Positions 28,780-38,365 of a stretch of 64,000 nt of DNA are shown in pieces. The stretch's first letter is position 1. Every line of letters begins with the position of its first letter. The stretch lies in assembly GCA_963822445.1 (NCBI GenBank), contig CAWGHO010000002.1, positions 1,248,001 to 1,312,000 on the forward strand. The letters are read 5' to 3'. The notes beneath the pieces were generated by a model. It was not told where the DNA came from and did no database searches. It was given only the letters and a program-made list of their open reading frames with translations. This DNA comes from an uncultured Acidobacteriota bacterium (GTDB lineage Bacteria; Acidobacteriota; Thermoanaerobaculia; Gp7-AA8). The position numbers were made by a program, and so were the translations under genes.

Positions 28780-30246
28780 ATGGCCGTGAGGGGCGAGGAA
28801 GTCGCGAGCTCGATCGATGCCCGCGTGCGGGAGTCCGTCGAGAAGATGGTGGATGAGATCCGTTCGTCCATCGAGGACGTTCGCGCAGCCGTCGACTCAC
28901 AGCTGAAGGCCGCCCTCCAGAGCGTTCAGGCCGACGTCAACTCGATTCAGTTCCTGCCGCACATCCAGAAATCGATCGCCGAGCTGCACGAATCGATGGA
29001 CGCGGGCAAGCCCGCCGCCGCGGCGTCCACGGGCGCCGGATCCACCCGGGTCAAAGCAGCCATCCAGAACATCGAGAGCGGCCGTTCGCAGGTCGACGTG
29101 CTCAACGCGCTGCTGGAGCAGGCCGTAACCTTCGGCTCGCGCGCGGCGCTGATGATCCTCCGCGGCGAGACCTTCGGCGGCTGGAAGGGTGTCGGCTTCT
29201 CCGCGCACGGCGGCGATGACGAGAAGGTCAAGCGCTTCAACGCCGCGCCCGGTTTGATCCCCGAGTTCGACCGCCTGCTGAAAAACGAGCAGGTCGTGAT
29301 CTGGGACGGCGCCAACCTGGCCACCCGCCTCGGCGTCGCCGCAGGTGAACGGGCCATCCTCGTTCCGATGGTGATCAAGGACAAGGTCGCCGCGGCCGTC
29401 TTCGTCGATGTCCTCCCCGCCGACTCCGCGAAGTTCGATGTCGCCGCCCTGGAGCTCCTGGTCTTCACCACCGGGCTTCTGGTCGACACGCTGGCCATCC
29501 GCCGCAAGATCCCTTCGCCGAGCCTTCAGGAAGAGGGAGACGCGTCCGCCGGCTCGAACGTTTTCGCAGCGCCGCCCGTGGCCGCGCCGGCTCCTCGGCC
29601 CGCAGCACCTCCGGCTGCTCCCGCCGCCCCTCCGCGCCCTGTCGCGGCCGCTCCGGCACCAGCGCCCGCTCCGAAACCGGCACCGGCCGCACCCGCCGCA
29701 CCGCCGGCTCCATCGCCGACGCGCACCGAATCGGGCACCGTGGCCATCAACGCCCAGCAACTGCGCGAGATGATGGCCGCGCAACGGCCGTCCTTCAACG
29801 TTCCCGGCGCCGAGGAGTTCAGCGGTGCCACGGCGAAGGTCCCGGCGATCGAGTCGAAACCGGCCGCCGCCCCGCCGCCCGCTGCACCGGCCTCTCCAAT
29901 CACCGGCGGCGACGACAAACCGTCCACGCAATACATCCCGCCGGCGAACATCGCCCGCGGCGGCGTTCTCGCGGGAGGCGCTCAGCCCGAGGACACGAAG
30001 AAACACGATGAAGCCCGCCGCTTCGCGCGTCTGCTGGTCTCCGAGATCAAGCTCTACAACGAGTCGAAGGTCGAGCAGGGCCGCAAGAATCACGACCTCT
30101 ACGAGCGCCTGAAGGAAGACATCGACCGCAGCCGCCAGATGTACGACGAGCGCATCGCCGACGACGTGCGCAAGGTCTCGAACTACTTCTACGACGAGCT
30201 CGTGCGCATCCTGGCCGACGGCAAGGCCGAGTCGCTGGGGCTGTAA
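28780..30246 (+). CDS. Hypothetical protein: coiled coil, GAF-like domain, Pro/Ala linker, helical C-terminal domain
   Basis: ILVPMVIKDKVAAAVFVD (GAF-like), long P/A-rich linker, ARRFARLLVSEIKLYN. Confidence 0.75.
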   Translation: MAVRGEEVASSIDARVRESVEKMVDEIRSSIEDVRAAVDSQLKAALQSVQADVNSIQFLPHIQKSIAELHESMDAGKPAAAASTGAGSTRVKAAIQNIESGRSQVDVLNALLEQAVTFGSRAALMILRGETFGGWKGVGFSAHGGDDEKVKRFNAAPGLIPEFDRLLKNEQVVIWDGANLATRLGVAAGERAILVPMVIKDKVAAAVFVDVLPADSAKFDVAALELLVFTTGLLVDTLAIRRKIPSPSLQEEGDASAGSNVFAAPPVAAPAPRPAAPPAAPAAPPRPVAAAPAPAPAPKPAPAAPAAPPAPSPTRTESGTVAINAQQLREMMAAQRPSFNVPGAEEFSGATAKVPAIESKPAAAPPPAAPASPITGGDDKPSTQYIPPANIARGGVLAGGAQPEDTKKHDEARRFARLLVSEIKLYNESKVEQGRKNHDLYERLKEDIDRSRQMYDERIADDVRKVSNYFYDELVRILADGKAESLGL

Positions 30247-30272
30247 ATCCCTTTCTGGCAACTGTCTAGCAG

Positions 30273-32549
30273 TTGTCCACCCGCGTGTTGCAGTGGTTGC
30301 GTAAGCGGTGGTGGGTGGTTGCGGTCGTCGCGGTGCTCGTCAGCGCCGCGATTGTCGTGGTTACGTTCCGCGATCGCATCCTGCCCGGTTCCGAGACCGA
30401 CGTCGAACCGGACGTTCCGCTCAAGGCCGAGGCTCCTCCCGATCTGCAGAAGTACCGGGAGGCCTACGTCGCCGCAACGTCGGCCCTGGCCCGCGACGAT
30501 GCCGCGGAGGCGGTGAAGCAACTCTCGTCCTTCTCCTTCGGCCCGCGCGCCGTGGAGGAGTACCGCCTCTACTACCTCGCCAAAGCCTACGAGAAGGCCG
30601 GAAACGCTCGCGGCGCGCAGCTGACGCTGGCCAGGCTCTGGCGGCGCAAACCGCAACTGGTCCACGCCTCCGAAGCCTCGAACACGCTCGGCACCCTGTA
30701 CACGAAAGCCGGCGATTGGGAACGCGCGGCGGAGGTCTTCGCGTCGACGTCGCATCAGTGGAGCACAGTCAACGCGCGTCTGTACGCGGGCGACATTCCC
30801 GCGGCGCTCTTCGCCGCGCGATCGATCGTCATTCACAACCCGGCGTCGAAGGAAGCCGACGACGCGATCGCATTCGTGCGGGCGGTGACCGGCCTCGCGG
30901 AGACAGCCGCGCTTCCGTTGACGCCGAGCGAACGGCTCGAGCGCGCCACGGCCCTCATCGCCGCAGGCTCCGGCCAGAAAGCGTTGGATGAATTGACGGC
31001 TCTCGAGCGCGCCGCGCCGGCGTCGATGAAGCCGGCCATTCAACTGCAGCGCGGCCTCGCTCTCCATCAACTGAAGCGATTCGAAGACTCGAACAAGGTG
31101 CTCGAGCCTCTGACCTCCGGCTATCTCAAATACGCGGTGCCGGCGCTGCGCACGACGTCGAAGAACTACGCGATCGTGTCGGCATCCATCGATCCGACGG
31201 TCTACAAGACCGTCAAGGAGAAGAAGCAAACCGGCACGAAGAAAGTACGCGTAGGCAAGGGCAAGAAGCGGCGCACGGTGAAGAGGCCTGTGTACAAGAC
31301 CGTCTCGCGCCAGGTGAAGCTCATCGATCTGGCGAAGAAGAACAAGAAGGACGAATACGCGCGTTTGTCGAGCGAACGGCTCAAGGACCTGCTGCTCCTG
31401 GAGCTCGACGCCGATACGCGCTACGAGGTTCTGAACGCGCTGATCGCGCGCGCAACGGCGAAGAATCAGGACGCGTACGTCCAGGAGCTGGTCGCGGAAG
31501 TGGTCAAGCTCGAGCCGGCGGCCGATCCCGCGCTGCAGCATTTCTGGGACAAGGGCTGGGCCGCGTACGCGCGAGGCGATCTCGCGGGCGCACGGACGCT
31601 GTTCCGCTTCATCGCCGACACGTACTCGCATCCGAATGTGAAACGGCAATCGGAGTACTGGTACGCGCGCACGATCCAGCGTCTGGGGCAGAAAGAGGAG
31701 GCCGCGGCGATCTATCAGAAGCTGGCCTCCGCGCCGTACGCGGATATTTACGCGCTGCATTCGGTGTCCCGAGGGGCAAAGCGGCAGGAGAACAAGACCA
31801 ATCCGCTGAAGAAGCAGGCCGCGGACTGGGCGGAGATCGCCGAAAAATCGATGCCGCGGGAGTTGCAGCTCGCCTACGAACTGACCGCGCTGTCGGCGAT
31901 GCGCGACGCGTTCAACGAAGTGCGCAAGAACATGCGCCGCGGGAACGCGCGCTTCGCCGAGGCGCTGCTTGCCGATGTGTACAACGCGCAGGGTGCCAAG
32001 GTGCTGATGTACCGCGCCATTCGCAAAGCGTGGCCGCAACTGGCGACGGTGGAGCAGGACTCGACGCCGTCGTACTTCATCGAGATGTATTACCCGCGCC
32101 GCTATGCGGAGCACATCGACGAATATTCGAAAGAACGCAATCTCGATCCGAACCTCGTCCGCGCGCTGATCCTGCAGGAGAGTTACTACAACCCCAAAGC
32201 GCGATCCTCGGTCGGCGCCACCGGCCTGATGCAGCTCATGCCGCCGACCGCGAAGGAGCACGCAAGGAAGCTCGGGATCACCTTCGCCACGTCACGACTG
32301 GAGAACCCGGAGGTGAATGTCCGCCTCGGCACGTTCCACCTGCGCATGCTGCTCGACATGTTCAAGGGAAACACGTACCTGGCCGTCGCCTCGTACAACG
32401 CCGGCCAGGGGAACGTGCTCAAGTGGCGCCGCGCCGCGCCATCGAAGCCGATGGACGAGTTCCTCGAATCGATTCCGTTCTCCGAGACGAGGAACTACGT
32501 GAAGCGGGTGACGATGCTCAGGAGCTCGTACGAACGGCTGGCGCTGTAG
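30273..32549 (+). CDS. Soluble lytic transglycosylase (SLT) with TPR-like repeats
   Basis: LILQESYYNP, GLMQLMP, SYNAG, ETRNYV; N-terminal membrane anchor. Confidence 0.92.
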   Translation: MSTRVLQWLRKRWWVVAVVAVLVSAAIVVVTFRDRILPGSETDVEPDVPLKAEAPPDLQKYREAYVAATSALARDDAAEAVKQLSSFSFGPRAVEEYRLYYLAKAYEKAGNARGAQLTLARLWRRKPQLVHASEASNTLGTLYTKAGDWERAAEVFASTSHQWSTVNARLYAGDIPAALFAARSIVIHNPASKEADDAIAFVRAVTGLAETAALPLTPSERLERATALIAAGSGQKALDELTALERAAPASMKPAIQLQRGLALHQLKRFEDSNKVLEPLTSGYLKYAVPALRTTSKNYAIVSASIDPTVYKTVKEKKQTGTKKVRVGKGKKRRTVKRPVYKTVSRQVKLIDLAKKNKKDEYARLSSERLKDLLLLELDADTRYEVLNALIARATAKNQDAYVQELVAEVVKLEPAADPALQHFWDKGWAAYARGDLAGARTLFRFIADTYSHPNVKRQSEYWYARTIQRLGQKEEAAAIYQKLASAPYADIYALHSVSRGAKRQENKTNPLKKQAADWAEIAEKSMPRELQLAYELTALSAMRDAFNEVRKNMRRGNARFAEALLADVYNAQGAKVLMYRAIRKAWPQLATVEQDSTPSYFIEMYYPRRYAEHIDEYSKERNLDPNLVRALILQESYYNPKARSSVGATGLMQLMPPTAKEHARKLGITFATSRLENPEVNVRLGTFHLRMLLDMFKGNTYLAVASYNAGQGNVLKWRRAAPSKPMDEFLESIPFSETRNYVKRVTMLRSSYERLAL

Positions 32550-32555
32550 GGCGCT

Positions 32556-32975
32556 CTACTTCTTTCTACTCGCCCGCACGCCTCTCACGCGCAAGGCGCT
32601 CGTCAGTTTGCGCGGCCTCCTGATCTCTGGTGCGTCAGCCCTATCGAAACGCGGGACCGCGCCAAGCTCTGCGCTGATCCGCTCGCGCTCGACGTCGAGG
32701 TCATGATCCATCTGCAAACCGAGCCAGAATCGCTCGGAGGTTCCAAAGTATCGCGCCAGGCGGAGAGCGGTATCAGCAGTTATGGCGCGTTTGCCGAGAA
32801 GGATGTCATTGATGCGCGGGGGAGAAACGCCGATGTCCACGGCGACCCGGTAAGCAGAGAGTCCCATGGGAACGAGAAACTCCTGTTCGAGGATCTCGCC
32901 GGGGTGTACCGGTGCGAGCCGGTTGGCCGGCTTCGCCCCGTCAGTGATAGTCAACGATTTCGACGTTGTACGCAT
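32556..32975 (-). CDS. HigA-family antitoxin (HTH), orphan
   Basis: PVHPGEILEQEFL, ITADTALRLARYFGTSERFWLGLQ. Confidence 0.9.
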   Translation of the reverse strand: MRTTSKSLTITDGAKPANRLAPVHPGEILEQEFLVPMGLSAYRVAVDIGVSPPRINDILLGKRAITADTALRLARYFGTSERFWLGLQMDHDLDVERERISAELGAVPRFDRADAPEIRRPRKLTSALRVRGVRASRKK

Positions 32976-32994
32976 GGCCTTCTTGTTGCGGCTT

Positions 32995-33072
32995 GGAGCG
33001 CAGGCGTCCCGCGCCTGCGCCGGGGGGGCCGGCGGGACGCCGGCGCACCAGCCGCCGGAACGGCGGCGCTCC
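32995..33072. repeat. REP-like palindrome, family B
   Basis: GCCGGCGGGACGCCGGCGC shared with 40936-40954. Confidence 0.75.
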
Positions 33073-33076
33073 GCCG

Positions 33077-33664
33077 CTACGTCTTCCACTTGATCGTGCA
33101 ACCGAACGCGCGCGTCTCCGTCAGGGCGACCTCGCGGCCGTCCAGCAACGAGCCCAGCGCGTCGCTCAGACCGGTCGTCTTCCGCTCTTCCGGTTTCGCC
33201 GAATCGTCGACGTAGCCGCGGTAGCGAACGACACCGCCGCCGTCGACGACGAACACATGCGGCGTCACGCGCGCGCCGTACGCGCGGGCGGTCTTGCTGT
33301 CGCCGTCCTTCAGATACGGGAACGGATATCCCTTCTCTTCCGCGCGCGCCTTCATGTTCGCGAGCGTCTCTTCGGCGTACTTCGCGTCGTCGTTCGGGTT
33401 GACGGCGTAGAACGTCACGCCCTTCGGGCCGAAGCGCTTGGCCAGATCCATGATGCGCGTCTCGAACGCCTTCGCGTACGGGCACTGATTGCAGGTGAAG
33501 ACGACCACCTTCAGTCTTCCGTCATCCGCTTTGAGCGTAACGGTTTCGCCGTCGACCGCGTTCACCAGCGAAAACTCCGGTGCCCTCGCGCCAACGGCAA
33601 GCTCCTCCGCGCCGGCGACGGTGGCCAGCATTACCAATGCTCCGATCAACAAATGCTTCTTCAT
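33077..33664 (-). CDS. Exported thioredoxin-fold (AhpC/TSA-like) protein
   Basis: FTCNQCPY, TPHVFV, GCTIKW. Confidence 0.88.
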   Translation of the reverse strand: MKKHLLIGALVMLATVAGAEELAVGARAPEFSLVNAVDGETVTLKADDGRLKVVVFTCNQCPYAKAFETRIMDLAKRFGPKGVTFYAVNPNDDAKYAEETLANMKARAEEKGYPFPYLKDGDSKTARAYGARVTPHVFVVDGGGVVRYRGYVDDSAKPEERKTTGLSDALGSLLDGREVALTETRAFGCTIKWKT

Positions 33665-34155
33665 CGAGTCCTCCCGAGTAATTTGCGCAACTGCGCAATG
33701 GTCTTGTCGCGATCAATCCGTCCCTGATGGCGCCAGAGCTCTTTCCCGCGCGCGTCGTAGACGATGGTCACCGGCATCTCGCCGGAGAAATTCAGGTACT
33801 CGCCGAGGTCATCGGCGTTGCCGGTGTAGTAGATGTTGGGAAAGGCGATCTTCTGCTTGTCGAGAAACGCCGCGACCTGCGCCGACTTCGCGCCGGGGAT
33901 CATGTCGTCGAGCGACACGCCGGCGAGCATCACCTCGTCGCCGAAGGTCTGATCGATCAGCCGCAGGTCGGGCATCTCCGCGACGCACGGCGCACACCAC
34001 GTCGCCCAGACGTTCACCACGCGCAGCTTCGCGGTCTTCGGGAACACCGCGGCGATCTTCGCCGGCTCTTTCAGCGGACGGAGATCGGCGCCGAGCGCCG
34101 GAAGCGCGAGCAGCGCGCTAAGGGATAAAGCCGCGAATCGTGCGGACTCTCGCAT
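33661..34155 (-). CDS. TlpA-family disulfide reductase; start approximate
   Basis: NVWATWCAPCVAEMP. Confidence 0.88.
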   Translation of the reverse strand: MRESARFAALSLSALLALPALGADLRPLKEPAKIAAVFPKTAKLRVVNVWATWCAPCVAEMPDLRLIDQTFGDEVMLAGVSLDDMIPGAKSAQVAAFLDKQKIAFPNIYYTGNADDLGEYLNFSGEMPVTIVYDARGKELWRHQGRIDRDKTIAQLRKLLGRTR

Positions 34156-35905
34156 CGGGTTTGTCGACCTTCACTTCAATGGTTCGGTACGCGGTGTCGT
34201 TCTTCGAGCTCTCGGTGCGATACGTCAGAAGGTATTGCGAGCGGAGATCGGCTTCGAGTTTTCTGTACGTCTCGGGAAGCTGTTTCACGTTTCCGATGAT
34301 GTACGCGACGCCGCCCGTCTCGGCCGCCAGCGATTTCATCCGGCCTGCGCCGCCGAAATCACCGAACGTGAATCCGATTCCGATGAAGTAAAGCGGCACG
34401 CGCGACGCCCGCGCGTAGCCGAGCATGTCGTCGTACGAAAGCCGCGAGGACGTGTCTTCGCCGTCGGTGATGACGACCAGCGCCTTGCGGCCCTGCACGG
34501 TTCGGAAGCGATAGAGCCCGGTGACGATCGCGTCGTACAGCGCGGTCGCGCCGGCCGGGTCGGCGATCGCCTTCACTTGCTCCTCGAGAATGCCGGCGTC
34601 GTTCACGAACGGCGTGCTTCTCTCCGGGCCGCTCGAGAAACCGGCGATGAACGCGCGATCGCTCTTGCGGACGATGCTCCGGAAGAACTCCGCCGCGGCT
34701 TCCTTCGCCGTCTCCATCCGCTCCTTCATGCTGCCGGAGTGGTCGAGCAGCACGCCGAGGGTCAGCGGAAGATTCGCGGCGAAATTGAAATCGGAAATGG
34801 GCTTCGGCTTGCCGCTCTCGAAGATCTTGAAGTTCTCGCGTTTCAGATCGGGAACAGGCATTCCGCCGGCGTCGGTGACGATGACCGGCAGCTCGACGAC
34901 GTTCACTTCGATCTCTTCGATGTAACGGTCGCCGCTGAGGAACATCAGATCGCTGGCTTCGTAGCCCGTTGAATCGATGACCGAGGCGCGAACGAACTCG
35001 AAGCCCTGCAGCCGCGAGGTGGGGATGTCGAACGCGTACGGCGGCCGCGCCCAGGAATGCAGTTTCTTGTCGCCGGCGAAGAGCTCCGCGGAGGTGATGA
35101 GCGTGTTCTTCGGATTCATCACGCTGAGCTTGAAGCGGGAGAGTCCGTCCGGCGTGACCGTGCGGGTGATCTTCACTTCCAGCGGCGTCTCGCGCTCGTT
35201 GACGACGAACGCGTCGGCATCGACGTAACGCCCCTGCGCGTCGTAGCCGACGGCCCGCACCTCGACACGCTTCGGCAGCTTGCCGAGGTCGAGCTCCGCC
35301 GTGTAAGGCGGTGCGTTGCGGGCCATGATTTTCTTGCCTTCGACCCAGAACTCGACGCGCTTGACCGGCGCCAGCGTTTCGACTTCGACGATGAAGAGGT
35401 TGATCGCGACGTCGCGCCGCGGCGGACGGATCTTCACCGCGCCGGGAACATCCGGAACCGCCCCTTCGGCAAGCATCGCCTCGGCGCCATCCTCGGCGCT
35501 GGCAACGTAGACCGTGTTCGTCTTCGCGACGGTGTAGGTGTCGATGGTCTTTCCGAGCAGCAGCGGCGTCGTGTCCTCGGTCTCGGCGATCAGCCGCGTT
35601 TCGACCTCGATCGGTCCTTCCTGAAAAGCCTGCACGGTGCTCATCGCGCCGCCGTGGTCCGTGACCACGACGTATCGGAAATTGCGTACGACCTGGCCGC
35701 CCTGCATCAGCGATCCCTGCAGGACCATCGCACTTCCCTGCATCACCTCGGGCGGCAGGGCGAAGCGGAAAGAGATCCGCACGACCACGCCGGCGTCGCT
35801 GTCGCCGAGTGGGGTGAAGCTGACGCTGACCGGCTTGTTGTCCTCAGCCGCCGCAAACGGCGCGAGAAACATGACGAGCACAACCGGGAGCAGCCGTTTC
35901 AGCAT
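34118..35905 (-). CDS. Secreted VWA-domain protein (acidobacterial VWFA type) with Ig-like N-terminal domains
   Basis: MIDAS DHSGSM, TALYDA, ITDGED, LAAETGG, LRSQYLLTY. Confidence 0.88.
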   Translation of the reverse strand: MLKRLLPVVLVMFLAPFAAAEDNKPVSVSFTPLGDSDAGVVVRISFRFALPPEVMQGSAMVLQGSLMQGGQVVRNFRYVVVTDHGGAMSTVQAFQEGPIEVETRLIAETEDTTPLLLGKTIDTYTVAKTNTVYVASAEDGAEAMLAEGAVPDVPGAVKIRPPRRDVAINLFIVEVETLAPVKRVEFWVEGKKIMARNAPPYTAELDLGKLPKRVEVRAVGYDAQGRYVDADAFVVNERETPLEVKITRTVTPDGLSRFKLSVMNPKNTLITSAELFAGDKKLHSWARPPYAFDIPTSRLQGFEFVRASVIDSTGYEASDLMFLSGDRYIEEIEVNVVELPVIVTDAGGMPVPDLKRENFKIFESGKPKPISDFNFAANLPLTLGVLLDHSGSMKERMETAKEAAAEFFRSIVRKSDRAFIAGFSSGPERSTPFVNDAGILEEQVKAIADPAGATALYDAIVTGLYRFRTVQGRKALVVITDGEDTSSRLSYDDMLGYARASRVPLYFIGIGFTFGDFGGAGRMKSLAAETGGVAYIIGNVKQLPETYRKLEADLRSQYLLTYRTESSKNDTAYRTIEVKVDKPDARVRTIRGFIP

Positions 35906-35990
35906 GGGTAAGAGAAGCGAGCATAAGGGCACGGCATTTCGTCAGCCGTTTCAAAACACCAAATGCTGCGGGCGTACAATCTGCGCCCTC

Positions 35991-36656
35991 ATGACCACGG
36001 CCCTTCGTTACCGGGCGGTGTTGTTCGATCTCGACGGCACACTCGTCGACTCCTATACCGCGCTCGCGGAAGCGGTGAATCACGCGCGGCGGACGCACGG
36101 ACTGCATGACCTGAGCTCCGCGCGCATCCGCGAGTTCGTGGGAGACGGCATCGAGCGTCTGCTTCAGCGCGCGTTCGAGCGCACCGATGTCCCCCGGTCG
36201 GTTCTGACGGCGTTCGAGTCGCGCTACGACGAGGTCTGCTGCGGTGAATCGAAGGTGCTGGCCGACGTCGAAGCCACGCTCGAGTCCCTCGCCGAGCTCG
36301 GCGTCCGGATGGCCGTCTGCACGAACAAGCCGACGATTTTCTCGAAGAAAATCCTCGATTTTCTCGGACTTTCACGCCACCTGCGATCGATCGTCGGCCC
36401 CGATCTCGCCGGAGCCCGGAAGCCGGAAGCGAAGCATCTTCTCTACACGCTCGACACGGTGGATTGCGCGCCAGCCGAGGCGCTGTTCGTCGGCGACATG
36501 CCCATCGACGTTCGCACGGCCCGGAACAGCGGCATCGACATCGCCGTCGTCCCCACCGGCTCCTCGACGCGCGAACAACTCGTGGCCTCGGAGCCCGATC
36601 ATTTTCTGGAGCGGTTCGGGGATCTGGTGAAGATCGTGCGCCGGGAAGCGGCGTGA
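35991..36656 (+). CDS. gph: HAD phosphatase, phosphoglycolate phosphatase-like
   Basis: FDLDGTLVDS, CTNKP, RKP, VGD. Confidence 0.78.
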   Translation: MTTALRYRAVLFDLDGTLVDSYTALAEAVNHARRTHGLHDLSSARIREFVGDGIERLLQRAFERTDVPRSVLTAFESRYDEVCCGESKVLADVEATLESLAELGVRMAVCTNKPTIFSKKILDFLGLSRHLRSIVGPDLAGARKPEAKHLLYTLDTVDCAPAEALFVGDMPIDVRTARNSGIDIAVVPTGSSTREQLVASEPDHFLERFGDLVKIVRREAA

Positions 36657-37294
36657 GAGCGAAATACCGCTTCGTCTTCTTCGACGTCGACTCCACGCTC
36701 GTCACCATCGAGGGGATCGACGTGCTCGCGCGAGGGAACCCTGAGATCGTGCGGCTCACCGAGGCGGCCATGAACGGGGAGATCCCGCTCGACGAGGTCT
36801 ACGGGCGGCGGCTGGAGATCATCAGGCCGACGCGCGAGGAGATCGAAGCGCTCGGCGCGCAGTACGTCGCCTCAATGGTCGATGGTGCCGAAGAGACGAT
36901 CTCGACCTTGCGCGAGGCCGGTGCGCATATCCATCTCGTCACGGCCGGCGTGGCGCAGGCCATCGCCCCGCTCGCAGAACGTCTGGGCATCCGCAGAGTG
37001 CATGCGGTTCCGCTGCAGTTCGATGCGGACGGCCGATACGCGGGCTTCGATCGGACCTGTCTGCTGGCCCGCTCCGGAGGCAAAGAGCTTGTGGTGCGCG
37101 ACGTGCTCTCACGATCGAAAGGAACATCCGCATTCGTGGGCGACGGCGTGACCGATCTCGAGGCCAAACCGGTCGTCGATCTCTTCATCGGCTTCGGAGG
37201 AGTTCACGAGCGGGCGAGAGTCAGGGACAATGCAGAGGTGTACGTGACCGAGCCGACATTGAGGGCCGTGTTGCCGTACCTCATCGAATCATGA
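36653..37294 (+). CDS. serB: Phosphoserine phosphatase (HAD IB)
   Basis: FFDVDSTL, AMNG, GDGVTDL; same operon as serA. Confidence 0.82.
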   Translation: MRAKYRFVFFDVDSTLVTIEGIDVLARGNPEIVRLTEAAMNGEIPLDEVYGRRLEIIRPTREEIEALGAQYVASMVDGAEETISTLREAGAHIHLVTAGVAQAIAPLAERLGIRRVHAVPLQFDADGRYAGFDRTCLLARSGGKELVVRDVLSRSKGTSAFVGDGVTDLEAKPVVDLFIGFGGVHERARVRDNAEVYVTEPTLRAVLPYLIES

Positions 37295-38365
37295 CCGCAA
37301 AATTTTTCGTCCCCGGCCCCACCTGGGTTCGCCCCGAGATTTTGAGCGAGCTGACCCGGCCGATGATCGGCCACCGCAGCGTCGAGTTCAAAGAGCTCTT
37401 CCGGCGGATCAACGGCGATCTGAAAACGCTCTTCGACACCGGCCAGCCGACGTTCGTCATGACCTGCTCGGGCACCGGCGTGATGGAGGCGGCGCTGCAG
37501 AACTGCGTCGCGCGGCGGGTCCTCGTTACGACCTGCGGCGCCTTCAGCGAGCGCTGGTACAACATCGCCGAGTCCCTCGGCTACGAGGTCGATCGCCTCG
37601 ACGCCGGCTGGGGCAACGTCGTCGACCCCCAGGCGCTGGCCGATCATCTCGCCCGTCATCAGCGCGCGCATTACGACGCTGTCACGATCACGCACAACGA
37701 AACCTCGACCGGCGTGACCAACGACGTGGCCGCGCTGACCGCTGTCGTTCGCGAGGAAGCGCCCGACGCGCTCGTCCTCGTCGACTCGGTCTCCTCACTC
37801 GGCGGCGTTCCGGTGCAGTTCGACGCGTGGAACATCGACGTCTGTTTCGCGAGCGTACAGAAATGCATCGCCCTGCCGCCGGGCATCAGCGTCGTGGCCG
37901 TTTCGAATGCGGCGCTCGCCCGCGCGAAGAAACATCCCTACCGCGGCACGTACTTCGACTTCATCGCCTACAAAGACAAAGCCGATGAGGACAGCGTGCC
38001 GTCGACGCCGTCCGTTCCGCACTTTTACGCACTGGCCGCGCAGCTCGAGCACATCGTGCGCGGCGAAGGGCTGCAAGCGCGTTTCGCACGCCACGCGCGC
38101 ATGCGCGAGCTGGTCCACGAGCGTACGGCGAACTTCGCGCGGCTCGCGTCGAATCGCGAATTCGCGTCGGCGACCGTGACCGCGCTCTCGCCGGTGCTTC
38201 CACCCGAAAAAATCCGCGACGACATGAAGAAGCGCGGCTACACGCTGGGCGGCGGCTATGGCGTGTGGAAGGACAGCACGTTCCGCATCGGGCACATGGG
38301 GGACATCTCCCCTCGCCGACCTCGAGGCGATGCTCGCGGAGCTCGCCGAGGTGGCTCGCGGATGA
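37291..38365 (+). CDS. Class V PLP aminotransferase, probable phosphoserine aminotransferase; apparent +1 frameshift at 38309-38312
   Basis: PGP, HNETSTG, DSVSS, SVQK, FRIGHMG; removing one C gives the ending ISLADLEAMLAELAEVARG* whose TGA overlaps the serA ATG. Confidence 0.82.

Noticed and set aside
30256-30270. Sigma-54-like TGGCAACTGTCTAGC before the SLT gene
   Set aside because: Non-consensus -12, and the implied TSS would fall at or after the start codon.
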